From the NCBI GenBank assembly GCA_050747905.1, contig JBOGKQ010000013.1, positions 3,529 through 67,528 of the forward strand: a DNA stretch of 64,000 bases. The letters are read 5' to 3'. This document shows, in pieces, positions 37,446-46,363 of the stretch (the stretch's first letter is position 1; the number at the start of each line of letters is the position of its first letter). Below the pieces are notes generated by a model, which saw only the letters and a program-made list of their open reading frames with translations, did not search any database and had not been told where the DNA came from. The stretch is from Terriglobales bacterium. Its GTDB lineage: Bacteria > Acidobacteriota > Terriglobia > Terriglobales > SCQP01. The position numbers and the translations under genes are program-made.

Positions 37446-39969
37446 ACCCATCGATGAGATCCTCGCACCGAAGCCGATTGCGCGGCCGAAGATCTACGCC
37501 TACTCGATTGCCGACGAGGCGCACGAGGGCCTCCTTAAAGTCGGACAAACCACCCGCGACGTGAAACTACGTGTGGCCGAACAGGTAAGGACCGCCGCCA
37601 TCAAGAACTACCGCATCGAGCTCGCCGAACCTGCCGAGCGCGACGTTGGGTCAGTCTTCACCGATCACGAGGTGCGTGCGGCTCTCGTAAGGAAGCGCTT
37701 CGAAAACGCCGACTTGGAATGGATGCGCTGCACCGTCGACGACGTGAAGACGGTTCTCGCCGAGCTTCGCGCCGGCCAAGAATTCACCGGGAGGCATTTT
37801 GCAACGTTCAAAATGCGCCGCGAGCAGACGGAGGCGGTGAAGAAAACCCACGCCTACTACCACTCGATCTGGAAGGAGGACATGCACGCCGTCCCGCGCT
37901 TCCTCTGGAACGCGAAGATGCGCTTCGGCAAGACTTTTACTGCCTATCAGCTCGCCAAGAAACTTGGCGCCAAGCGCGTGCTGGTCGTGACGTTCAAGCC
38001 CGCCGTCGAGGATTCCTGGCAGACCGAACTCGATGGCCATACGGACTTCGAAGGCTGGCAGTACCTCTCGAACTCCTCCGGCCGCGACCCGACGCAGGTC
38101 GAGCGTGGGAAGCCGGTCGTCTATTTCGGCTCGTTCCAGGACCTGCTCGGGCGCGATGCCGTCGGCAATATCAAGCCCAAGAATGAGTGGCTCCACGAGG
38201 TGAATTGGGACCTCGTGGTTTTCGATGAATACCATTTCGGAGCGTGGCGCGAGACCGCCAAGGAACTGTTCGAGGGCGAGGAGGATTCGAAGACCGAGGC
38301 CAAGCTCGAATACGACACCGGACTTGAGGAGGTGAATGAGGACCTTACTGTCCTGTCGGAGAAAGAGAGAGAGTTTCTCCCCATCACGACTAAGGCCTAT
38401 CTGTATCTCTCCGGGACGCCGTTCAAGGCGCTGGCCACGGGCGAATTCATCGAAGAGCAGATCTTCAACTGGACGTATACGGACGAGCAGCGCGCGAAAG
38501 AGGATTTCGCGAACGGGAACCCTGGAAAATGGAACCCTTACGGCGCGCTGCCGCAGATTCGACTGATGACGTACCAGATGCCGGATGAGCTGGTGGCGAC
38601 AGCGAGCGCCGGAGAGTTCGACGAGTTCGATCTCAACGAGTTCTTTGCCGCGACCGGCGCGGACAAAGGGGCACACTTTAAGCATCAGAGCGACGTGCAG
38701 AAGTGGTTGGACATCATCCGGGGCCAGTACGTGCCGAAGGCCGTCGAGAGCCTCAAGACCGGCACACGGCCGCCGTTCCCCTATTCGGACGTGCGCCTGC
38801 TGCCGTACCTGCAACACTCGTTCTGGTTCCTGCCCAATGTCGCCGCATGCCACGCCATGAAGAACCTGCTGGCCGAGAAGCACAACACTTTCTGGCGCGA
38901 ATACAAAGTAGTCGCTGCGGCCGGGGCTTCGGCGGGGATCGGACTTCAGGCACTGCCGCCGGTGCGGAAGGCGATTGCGAGCGGGTTCGACACCAAGACG
39001 ATCACGCTCTCGTGCGGCAAGCTCACCACCGGTGTCACTGTGCCGCAGTGGTCATCCATCCTGATGCTGCGCAACCTGAAATCGCCTGAGACCTATTTCC
39101 AGGCGGCGTTCCGCGTGCAGTCGCCGTGGTCCATCAAGAATCCGAATGGTGACGACCCGGGCGAGGAAGAGATTCTCAAGCCCGTGTGCTTCGTTTTTGA
39201 TTTCGCGCCCACGCGTGCGCTTCGTCAACTCTCCGAATACGGTATCCGGCTCTCGCCCAACGAATCGAATCCGGAAAACGCCATCAAAGATCTCGTGTCG
39301 TTCCTGCCAGTGCTGGCCTACGACGGCGCGAACATGACGCAGATTGATGCGGGCGGCATTCTCGACATCGCGATGGCGGGCACCTCGGCCACGCTGCTGG
39401 CGCGCAAATGGGAGAGCGCACTGTTGGTGAACGTGGACAACGAAACGCTGGGCCGCATCCTGAAAAATCCTGAAGCTATGGCAGCGGTGGAACGCATAGA
39501 GGGCTGGCGCGCGCTGGGTGACAACATCATTGAGACCATTATCAACAAAAGCGTAAAGGTCAAGGACCTCAAGAACAAGGCCAGAGACAAGGAGTTGACG
39601 AAGAAGGAGAAGAGCGTCCTCACCGAGGAGGAGAAGGAATACAAGTCCAAGCGCAAACTGGTGCAGGAGAAGCTGATCAAGTTCGCGGCACGCATCCCGG
39701 CGTTCATGTACTTGACGGACTTCCGCGAGAACACACTACAGGACGTCATCACCAAGTTGGAGCCGGATCTGTTCCTGGCTGTCACCGGTCTGACGGTCAA
39801 GGACTTCCATCTGCTCGTGCGCCTCAAGGTGTTTAACACCGAGCAAATGAACCAGGCGGTTTTCGCGTTCCGCCGCTATGAGGACGCTTCGCTGCGGTAC
39901 GCCGGCATCGAAAGCCACGAAGGGCTCTCCCATTACGGGCTGTACGATACCGTGGTGGGAAGGGAGTGA
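37438..39969 (+). CDS. GIY-YIG/T5orf172 nuclease domain fused to an SF2 (ResIII/SNF2-like) helicase; putative restriction subunit
   Basis: N-terminus KIYAYSIADEAHEGLLKVGQTTRDVKLRVAEQ is T5orf172-like. MRFGKTFTAYQLA is Walker A; VVFDEYHFGA is the DExH box. C-terminal helicase lobe. 8-nt overlap with the methyltransferase stop. Confidence 0.8.
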   Translation: MSRPIDEILAPKPIARPKIYAYSIADEAHEGLLKVGQTTRDVKLRVAEQVRTAAIKNYRIELAEPAERDVGSVFTDHEVRAALVRKRFENADLEWMRCTVDDVKTVLAELRAGQEFTGRHFATFKMRREQTEAVKKTHAYYHSIWKEDMHAVPRFLWNAKMRFGKTFTAYQLAKKLGAKRVLVVTFKPAVEDSWQTELDGHTDFEGWQYLSNSSGRDPTQVERGKPVVYFGSFQDLLGRDAVGNIKPKNEWLHEVNWDLVVFDEYHFGAWRETAKELFEGEEDSKTEAKLEYDTGLEEVNEDLTVLSEKEREFLPITTKAYLYLSGTPFKALATGEFIEEQIFNWTYTDEQRAKEDFANGNPGKWNPYGALPQIRLMTYQMPDELVATASAGEFDEFDLNEFFAATGADKGAHFKHQSDVQKWLDIIRGQYVPKAVESLKTGTRPPFPYSDVRLLPYLQHSFWFLPNVAACHAMKNLLAEKHNTFWREYKVVAAAGASAGIGLQALPPVRKAIASGFDTKTITLSCGKLTTGVTVPQWSSILMLRNLKSPETYFQAAFRVQSPWSIKNPNGDDPGEEEILKPVCFVFDFAPTRALRQLSEYGIRLSPNESNPENAIKDLVSFLPVLAYDGANMTQIDAGGILDIAMAGTSATLLARKWESALLVNVDNETLGRILKNPEAMAAVERIEGWRALGDNIIETIINKSVKVKDLKNKARDKELTKKEKSVLTEEEKEYKSKRKLVQEKLIKFAARIPAFMYLTDFRENTLQDVITKLEPDLFLAVTGLTVKDFHLLVRLKVFNTEQMNQAVFAFRRYEDASLRYAGIESHEGLSHYGLYDTVVGRE

Positions 39970-40099
39970 GGGGTGCGGGCCTTGCCTCAATAGAGCAATG
40001 TCGAGGTACCGGGACTCCCGAGCGGTGCCTTGCCTGAACATCTTGGTGGAATATGCCGATCGCAGCAACGTGGCGGCCTGTTATGGTCGAAGCCGGCAG

Positions 40100-40698
40100 T
40101 CACGGCGGCGCTGGTCGAGACCACCGCCTACACCGTCTGGTTCAGCGATTTGCTGGCAGGGTTGAAGGTGTAGCTGATCTTCGGCGACGCCGCCAAACTG
40201 GCGGCGATCGGGGTGCTGTAGGTGAAGGCCGACCGCCGCGTCGCCGAGCAAATGCTGGAAGCCTATCTGCGAGGCCAGTTTCCGGAGGTGAAGATGGCGT
40301 GGCCGGAACAGCGCGGCCTGCGGGAGCTGCTGCTGCTGCACCGGAACCGGCTGGTGTGGACCCGAACCCGGTTCAAGGACGGGCCACACCTGCTGGCCAT
40401 GAGACGGGGGATCAACCGCAAAGCTGGGCTGTTCAGCCCGGCGTGGCGGCAGGTGCTGAACCAGTTGCGGTTGAGCCGATGGGAGAGCGAGGCGCGCAGC
40501 GATCTGTTGCTGGCGCCGGATGCCTTGAAGCCCCGCATCGGGGAACTGGACCAGGCGGTGAAAGAGGCGGTGCGTGCCAATGCCCTGGCCGAGCGCTTGC
40601 GCACTCATCCCGGAGCCGGGCCAGTGACGACGCTAGCTTGGGTGCAGATCATGGGCGATTGCCGGGATGCTACGATTGTGGGGTTTCAAGAGGCTTGA
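40100..40698 (+). pseudogene. IS110-family transposase relic (both ends missing, two in-frame TAG codons)
   Basis: Frame reads AALVETTAYTVWFSDLLAGLKV*LIFGDAAKLAAIGVL*VKADRRVAEQMLEAYLRGQFPEV...LLLLHRNRLVWTRTRFK...HPGAGPVTTLAWVQIMGD. TAG codons at 40171-40173 and 40219-40221. No DEDD N-terminus or C-terminal Transposase_20 region. Confidence 0.7.
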
Positions 40699-40704
40699 GC
40701 GCCA

Positions 40705-41319
40705 ATGGGCTGTTTTCTCTGCTCTCCCGATCCGGCGTTGGTCTACGCAGCGAACGCCGAGGCTTTCGCGCTGTGCGGACTGGGGCCCCTCGTGCGCGGT
40801 TATAGCATCGTTGCGACGCGAGCCCACGTCCGATCCTGCGCCGACTCTGCCACGGAATCCCCGTCGCTCTTAGAATTCACCGAGCAGATCAGGGGATTTT
40901 TGGGCTCGATCTACGGGTCCTGCTTGGTCACGGAGCACGGGCGCCTGCCGGTCTGCGCCAGGTCAGAGGGCTCGGGGGGACACTGCTTCCACGCACATTT
41001 CCTGCTATTTCCCCGAGCCCCCGACATTGTCAATGCCTGCCGGCCCTATTTTGGACTGGCAGAGGCCACCAGCGGCCTCGGGCCCACAATGGCCCTTGCC
41101 TGCGGACGACAAGAATATTTTCTTGTGGCACCGACGCCCACCGAGTGCTGGATCATGACTCGGCCACTCCTCCTATGCCGCCAGTTCGCACGCCGGATGG
41201 TCGCCGATCGGCTTGGCATCCCCGAGGAGGCGGACTGGGCGATGCACCCCAAAGCCAACGCCGCAGAGTCGGAGGCCGAACACCTCCGGCGCCGCGTGCT
41301 AACGTGGGCGACGCCGTGA
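40705..41319 (+). CDS. HIT-like (histidine-triad fold) protein
   Basis: N-terminal CFLC. GLGPLVRGYSIVATRAHV parallels D..P...GH.LV.PK.HV. GGHCFHAHFLLFPR parallels the HxHxHxx-PR triad. Confidence 0.6.
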   Translation: MGCFLCSPDPALVYAANAEAFALCGLGPLVRGYSIVATRAHVRSCADSATESPSLLEFTEQIRGFLGSIYGSCLVTEHGRLPVCARSEGSGGHCFHAHFLLFPRAPDIVNACRPYFGLAEATSGLGPTMALACGRQEYFLVAPTPTECWIMTRPLLLCRQFARRMVADRLGIPEEADWAMHPKANAAESEAEHLRRRVLTWATP

Positions 41320-42530
41320 ACCAGAACAGGGTGGCCGTTCTGCTTGAAAAGCTTGCGGAGAAATTCGACACCGCCATCCAACAGGAAGGAGGCGCGACGT
41401 CCCAGTGGGGATGGGGGCAGTTCCTGGACGATTCAAAAGAACGGAGGCAGATCGGGCCCTACGGCACGTCAGCTGGCATGATCGTGAGGGCCCTTGCCCA
41501 GGGCGTAGGCGCAGCACCTGACGCGAGGCCTTCGGCGATCATAACCAGCTGGTGGCGCGAGTGGAAATCCGGGAGCGGGAGCGGGCGCAAGGTGTTCTGC
41601 CAGAACCTTCGGCTCGCATTCTTCCTGCTCGCGCTCCGCCTGTCTTCAATTGATGCTGCCCTCTCAGCCGAGGCCGAAGAGGAACTCCTAAAGCGAAACC
41701 TGGGCGACGACATGTGGGGGGATTACTGGGAATCCGATACGGACCACGACATGACCCCAAGCCATCTCGTTACATCTACGGTTGTGCTCGCATTTACGCT
41801 ATGCCAGCCAAGCCCCGAAGGGCAGACGGTATCGCGGCTGAGAAGATCCGTTGTTCGGCTCGAGCAGCGCTTGCTCGGCGACCCGCAGATGCCGGCCCTC
41901 CAAGCCTCATTCGCGGCCGCAGCAATAATGGCCCTTGGACCCCAAAACGCAAGAGCCATCAGAAAGCAAATCGCGCGATTTGCCATGTCGCGCGATTTTT
42001 CGCTCGCCGACCTCGGGGTGTACTTTTACGAGTACAAGTGTGACGGCAAGGCCGGCACGGATTACTTCATAGCGCCCCCGGCCATTGTCCTGGCGACCGG
42101 GGCATTCAGCTCGTCTTCCCCGATCCTTCTCCGGCAATTTGGCGAACAAGTTGCCGCACGCCTGGCGAAGAGCTTAGAAAAAAGCGACTACGGCTTCAAG
42201 CCGGACGCCGAGCAGAGAGTGTCAACGAAGAATCAGGCTTGGGCCGCGCTCCTGCTTAAGGCCTCGTTATCGCCAAACGCCAATCCGACCAGCCTCGCCG
42301 GCATGGTGTGGTACGGACTACTGCGGGAGCGTCCGGGTAACTGGTGGACCGAAATTGTCTTCCCAGTGGCTTTGATCGCGGCCAGCGCCACCGAGGCGAC
42401 ATTCATAGGTAAGCTCGGCATCGGTTGGCTCTTCGCGGCCGCGACCCTTGGCCAGGCGGCCGTCTTCGGTATTGCAATTCGCCACCTCCTCCCGTACTGG
42501 GACCGACTGTTCCCCACGGCACGCTCATGA
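41316..42530 (+). CDS. Hypothetical helical-repeat protein with C-terminal TM helices
   Basis: GTG start inside a GTGA overlap with the upstream stop. SQWGWGQF...GPYGTSAGMIVRAL and MWGDYW...HLVTSTVVLAF resemble alpha/alpha-toroid (prenyltransferase/terpene-cyclase-like) repeats. The C-terminus WWTEIVFPVALIAASA...IGWLFAAATLGQAAVFGIAI is hydrophobic. Confidence 0.55.
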   Translation: MNQNRVAVLLEKLAEKFDTAIQQEGGATSQWGWGQFLDDSKERRQIGPYGTSAGMIVRALAQGVGAAPDARPSAIITSWWREWKSGSGSGRKVFCQNLRLAFFLLALRLSSIDAALSAEAEEELLKRNLGDDMWGDYWESDTDHDMTPSHLVTSTVVLAFTLCQPSPEGQTVSRLRRSVVRLEQRLLGDPQMPALQASFAAAAIMALGPQNARAIRKQIARFAMSRDFSLADLGVYFYEYKCDGKAGTDYFIAPPAIVLATGAFSSSSPILLRQFGEQVAARLAKSLEKSDYGFKPDAEQRVSTKNQAWAALLLKASLSPNANPTSLAGMVWYGLLRERPGNWWTEIVFPVALIAASATEATFIGKLGIGWLFAAATLGQAAVFGIAIRHLLPYWDRLFPTARS

Positions 42531-43795
42531 CCATTTTCGACCCGATCTACGGACCCTGCGATCTGGCGCCGAGGCTCGCCGAGCTGGCGCTTGCCCCGGA
42601 GGTTCGGCGCCTCACCCAAATTCGACTGCTAAATACATCCAGCCCAACTCTTGCCACCCTGGGGGAGCTGCGGCGATACTCCCACACTCTGGGCGTCCTC
42701 AGGCTCGCTCTGATCAACGGGCAACCCGGATACTCCCCGGAGGAAAGGGCCGCCTTTGCCGCGTCCGTTTTGATACACGACATTGGGACCCCGCCCTTCG
42801 GTCACCTGATGGAATACCACCTCCGCGAGCAGCTTAGCTGGAGCCATGAGGAGGTCGTTGCCCGCATGCTTTGGGGTCTGCACACCGACGAGAATCTTTC
42901 CCACCAGATATTCGCCGGTATGACTCTGGAGGTGCGACGCATACTGAAAAGGCGGAGGATTTCTCTCGACATTGTTCGGAAGATACTTACGAAAGACCAC
43001 CCGCTGTCCCGGTTGCTGTTCGGGAGCATCGATCTCGACAATCTCGACAACGTCGCGAGAATGGCCTGGGCCGTCGGCATCACCTGTGTGGACTCAACCC
43101 TGGCCCTTGCGGCCGCTCTCTCGGTCTCCAGAGACGGTCGGCTGCTGCTCCCTGAATCGTGCCGACCTGCGGTGGAGCGTTGGGCAGGAACGCGGCGCAG
43201 CGTCTACGAAATTCTTCTTTTCGATCCCGCCACGGTAGCGAGTCAAGCGGTGCTCTCAAAGGCCATTGGCATCGCCATGACGGCAGGTGACATCGGCGGC
43301 GCGGACTGGTGCATGTACGACGAGACGCTTCTGGAGAAGCTCCGCCAATCACCGGGCACCCGCAAGCTCGTTACGTCTTTCCTCGGGCGCCTGCCAGGCC
43401 CTATATACGCGTTGAATTTGCGGGGGACTCTGGCGAGCTATGGCCTCGGGAACCGAGCGGCCGCGGTCGGGGCCGCCCTTTCGTCCCTGGGAGCACATCG
43501 GAGCGGCGACTGCATCGCGTATGCATTTGTGGACAAGGGCGCGACTGCCAAGGCCCTTGAATTTGCGGATCCTGCGTCGGGCAGAACGTGGTGCTTTGGC
43601 GAAACCTCCGAGAGCGTGGTATTCTCCGTGTTCTCATACGGTCGCCCCGAGAGAAAGGAGGCTACTGCGGCCGCCTCGCGGCTACTCCGCACCCTCGGCG
43701 CGCGGCCAGATGACGTGATCCGCGTGCAAATTGGTCGTGACCGTCCGGCATATAGCTCTGGCAATGACAAACAGCTTACTCTCCAGGCTCTCTAA
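42527..43795 (+). CDS. HD-domain phosphohydrolase, SAMHD1/dGTPase-like
   Basis: MTIFDPIYGPCDL, RYSHTLGVLRLA, VLIHDIGTPPFGHLMEY and GSIDLDNLDNVARMA follow the H...HD...D order of dNTP triphosphohydrolases. ATGA overlap upstream. Confidence 0.8.
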   Translation: MTIFDPIYGPCDLAPRLAELALAPEVRRLTQIRLLNTSSPTLATLGELRRYSHTLGVLRLALINGQPGYSPEERAAFAASVLIHDIGTPPFGHLMEYHLREQLSWSHEEVVARMLWGLHTDENLSHQIFAGMTLEVRRILKRRRISLDIVRKILTKDHPLSRLLFGSIDLDNLDNVARMAWAVGITCVDSTLALAAALSVSRDGRLLLPESCRPAVERWAGTRRSVYEILLFDPATVASQAVLSKAIGIAMTAGDIGGADWCMYDETLLEKLRQSPGTRKLVTSFLGRLPGPIYALNLRGTLASYGLGNRAAAVGAALSSLGAHRSGDCIAYAFVDKGATAKALEFADPASGRTWCFGETSESVVFSVFSYGRPERKEATAAASRLLRTLGARPDDVIRVQIGRDRPAYSSGNDKQLTLQAL

Positions 43796-44918
43796 AATCG
43801 ATTGGGACTTCGCCGGCTACATGAGCGAGTCGTCGTTTTCGGCGGTCCATTTCCACCCTAGCCGCTTCGCCTCCCAAATTCCAGCGGCTCTGATCGGGCT
43901 TATGAGCAGACCCGGAGACCTCGTTATGGATCCGTTCTGCGGCTCTGGCACCACCCTCGTCGAAGCGCAGCGCCTGGGTAGAAGGTCAATCGGGATAGAA
44001 CTCAACCCGGTTGCCGCGATGGTTAGCCGCGCTAAGACCCAGTGCAAATCCGCGAAGCGAATCGGTGCCGTCATCAGAGACCTCAAGGAGCAGGCGGAGG
44101 CAACAATTCGGGCAGGCCACATCTTCGTCCGCTCGGGGCCAGCGACCACTCCGGCTACGGTGCAGGCAAGCAAGTGGTACGGCCCCAAGGTCGCGCGGGA
44201 CTTGGGCTTGCTCTGGGCAGCGAATCTGAAGCTTACTGGCGTCCACCGGCTGCTCGCCGACACGGCCTTCTCCGCCATCCTTTTGACGGTCTGCAGGGAG
44301 ACGCGACACTGGGGCTACGTCTGTGACAACACGACCCCAAAGGGCCAGCGCAATGCAGACGTGCTAAGAGAATACTGTGCCCTGCTTGAGCGCCTTGCCC
44401 GGGCATATCGCGACCGGGACGAAGAGATGGAGGTCGCCGGGCACACGCTCCCAGCCGCCACGGTACTGTCAGGCGACGCATTGCAGGTGATGGAAGGCAT
44501 AACTAAGTCGACCGTAGATTTGGTCGTGACATCGCCGCCGTACTTCGGCGTCTGCGATTACATAAAGGCGCAGCGGCTCACGATGGAGTGGCAGGGCACC
44601 AAAATTGAGCCGCTCCGAGCCGAGGAGATTGGGGCTAGAAGCAAGCGCCACAGGAAGACCGCCGCTTGCGAATACATCGAAGCAATCAGTCGGGCTTTCC
44701 AATCCATGGCCCGTTGCGTGCGGCCTGGCGGGGGTCTCGCGATCGTGCTGGGCCAGTCCGACACCCGCGATGAGGTACTGAATGATCTCAGGGCGGCAAT
44801 CTCAGCGGCCAAGATGTCAATCGAGCAAGAGCTAAACCGCACGGTATCGACCCAGCGGCGACTCGCACCCAGCTTGCGGGGCGAACATCTGTTTATCCTG
44901 TCGGCGAGGCAACGATGA
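43764..44918 (+). CDS. SAM-dependent methyltransferase (DPFCGSGTT motif I followed by SPPY motif IV)
   Basis: IDWDFAG...VHFHPSRFASQIPAALIGLMSRPGDLVMDPFCGSGTTLVEAQRLGRRSIGIELNP, then VDLVVTSPPYFG. The start is uncertain (43764 or 43821). Confidence 0.75.
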   Translation: MTNSLLSRLSKIDWDFAGYMSESSFSAVHFHPSRFASQIPAALIGLMSRPGDLVMDPFCGSGTTLVEAQRLGRRSIGIELNPVAAMVSRAKTQCKSAKRIGAVIRDLKEQAEATIRAGHIFVRSGPATTPATVQASKWYGPKVARDLGLLWAANLKLTGVHRLLADTAFSAILLTVCRETRHWGYVCDNTTPKGQRNADVLREYCALLERLARAYRDRDEEMEVAGHTLPAATVLSGDALQVMEGITKSTVDLVVTSPPYFGVCDYIKAQRLTMEWQGTKIEPLRAEEIGARSKRHRKTAACEYIEAISRAFQSMARCVRPGGGLAIVLGQSDTRDEVLNDLRAAISAAKMSIEQELNRTVSTQRRLAPSLRGEHLFILSARQR

Positions 44919-45943
44919 CCCTTCGAGATTTGGGCGAGAGGCGCATTCTGAGGGAGGTCCTGCCAGAGTTCTGCCCGCTTGCGGGCGACGATTGCACCTT
45001 CCTAGCCCGCGACCTCTCCGGCATTGTGATCACCACGGACCCAGCCCCAGAGCCAGCCGCCAAGCTAATCGGCCGAGATGCGGACCCGTATTGGCTCGGC
45101 TGGCTGCATGTCACAATCAACGCTTCAGATATAGCCGCGGCCGGGGCGGCGCCCCTAGCCTTCGTTAGCGCGCTCGAGTTGCCGCCTGACTATGAGTTGC
45201 CCGATCTGAAGAGGCTCCTCGCAGGCACCAGGGAGTGCTGCGCGTTGCACGGGTTCACCTACGCCGGCGGGAACCTGAAAGAGGCCACCCGGGTTTCGGC
45301 CGTGGGGACTGCAATCGGCGCCGCAGAACCCCGGCGTGTGTTGGGCCGGGGCGGGGCACGGGCGGGCGACGTCGTCGTTAGCGTCGGCGAGTGCGGGATC
45401 TTCTGGCGGGACGCGCTGGCTGCGCATTCGGGCAAGGAAGTTGCGGACAAGGCACGCTCCCCGTTGTTCGCCCCTCGCGCCCAAACAGGGCCGATGCGGG
45501 CGCTTGCGGCGCAGGGTCTCATTACCGCAGCGATCGACAACAGCGACGGGCTACTCCCGTCACTTGAGCAGCTCGCTATAAGCAGCCGTGTCGACATCAC
45601 CGTCAATCTGGAGAACCTCGTCCCCCCTCCTGACGCTCCTGCCGGCCTCGATCCCGCTCGGCTTTGGCTAGGCTGGGGTGACTGGAACGTGGTCGCCACG
45701 ATGCGGGTCGGCGACCTGGCGAGCGCTAAACGGCTGGTTGCGCACGAGGGCGTGCCGGTTACGCCGATCGGCTACTGCTCGCCGGGCACCGGTAGCGTAG
45801 TCCTAGAGAGGGCAGGAAGGCGCTCTATCGCGCCCCGCCTTGAGTCCGAACGGTTCGCGGCAGATTCGTGGTTCGGAACCGGCGTAGACGGCTACATTAA
45901 ACTGATAAGGACGGTCGAATTACCCTCGCCCCCGACCCTGTAA
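44915..45943 (+). CDS. PurM/ThiL-fold ATP-utilising enzyme (AIR-synthase-related protein)
   Basis: LGERRILREVL...GDDCTFL...VITTDPAPEP...GWLHVTINASDIAAAGAAP...YAGGNL...GARAGDVVV follows the ThiL/PurM pattern. ATGA overlap upstream. Confidence 0.8.
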   Translation: MTLRDLGERRILREVLPEFCPLAGDDCTFLARDLSGIVITTDPAPEPAAKLIGRDADPYWLGWLHVTINASDIAAAGAAPLAFVSALELPPDYELPDLKRLLAGTRECCALHGFTYAGGNLKEATRVSAVGTAIGAAEPRRVLGRGGARAGDVVVSVGECGIFWRDALAAHSGKEVADKARSPLFAPRAQTGPMRALAAQGLITAAIDNSDGLLPSLEQLAISSRVDITVNLENLVPPPDAPAGLDPARLWLGWGDWNVVATMRVGDLASAKRLVAHEGVPVTPIGYCSPGTGSVVLERAGRRSIAPRLESERFAADSWFGTGVDGYIKLIRTVELPSPPTL

Positions 45944-46363
45944 GGCGCGAATCCAAGGCGGAGCTCGTGCAAAGGACGGTCCTCGCGTTTAGAGAGCCGT
46001 CATTTTCGATGGATGGCGACGACGTTCCATTCTGCCCGAGACTGGTATGTATAAGTGCTTGAGCCAAAACGATTGCGCAACGCTGCCCAGGAACAGGTCC
46101 GCGATACTGCCAAGATGGCCGGAGCCGGGCTAGATCAAGCCGAGGGACTGCAAAAGCCTTGCCTGACATTGTGGTCGGCACTTCGCGGGATTTCAACACG
46201 ATCCTTGAAGTGGGTGGGGCCGATGCCGTGTTCGTCAGTATACGCCCGCCACCGCCGCGCTCGCATGGCTGAGCAGCGTCGAACCTGCGTGATCGGCAGG
46301 CCAGCGGTCAAGACACCGCATGCGAAAGTGCCCCGCTGCCGATGCGCATCGCGGGCCATGCCA

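Noticed and set aside
36045-38883. Minus-strand ORFs 36045-37169 (374 aa) and 37651-38883 (410 aa).
   Set aside because: They are antisense to the NPPY methyltransferase and the helicase. They have no motifs of their own.
45944-46363. Possible gene, oriT or relaxase remnant between the five-gene operon and the primase.
   Set aside because: All six frames were read by eye. They hold only short ORFs without motifs and only a trivial palindrome (GGACGGTCC), which is insufficient evidence for a call.
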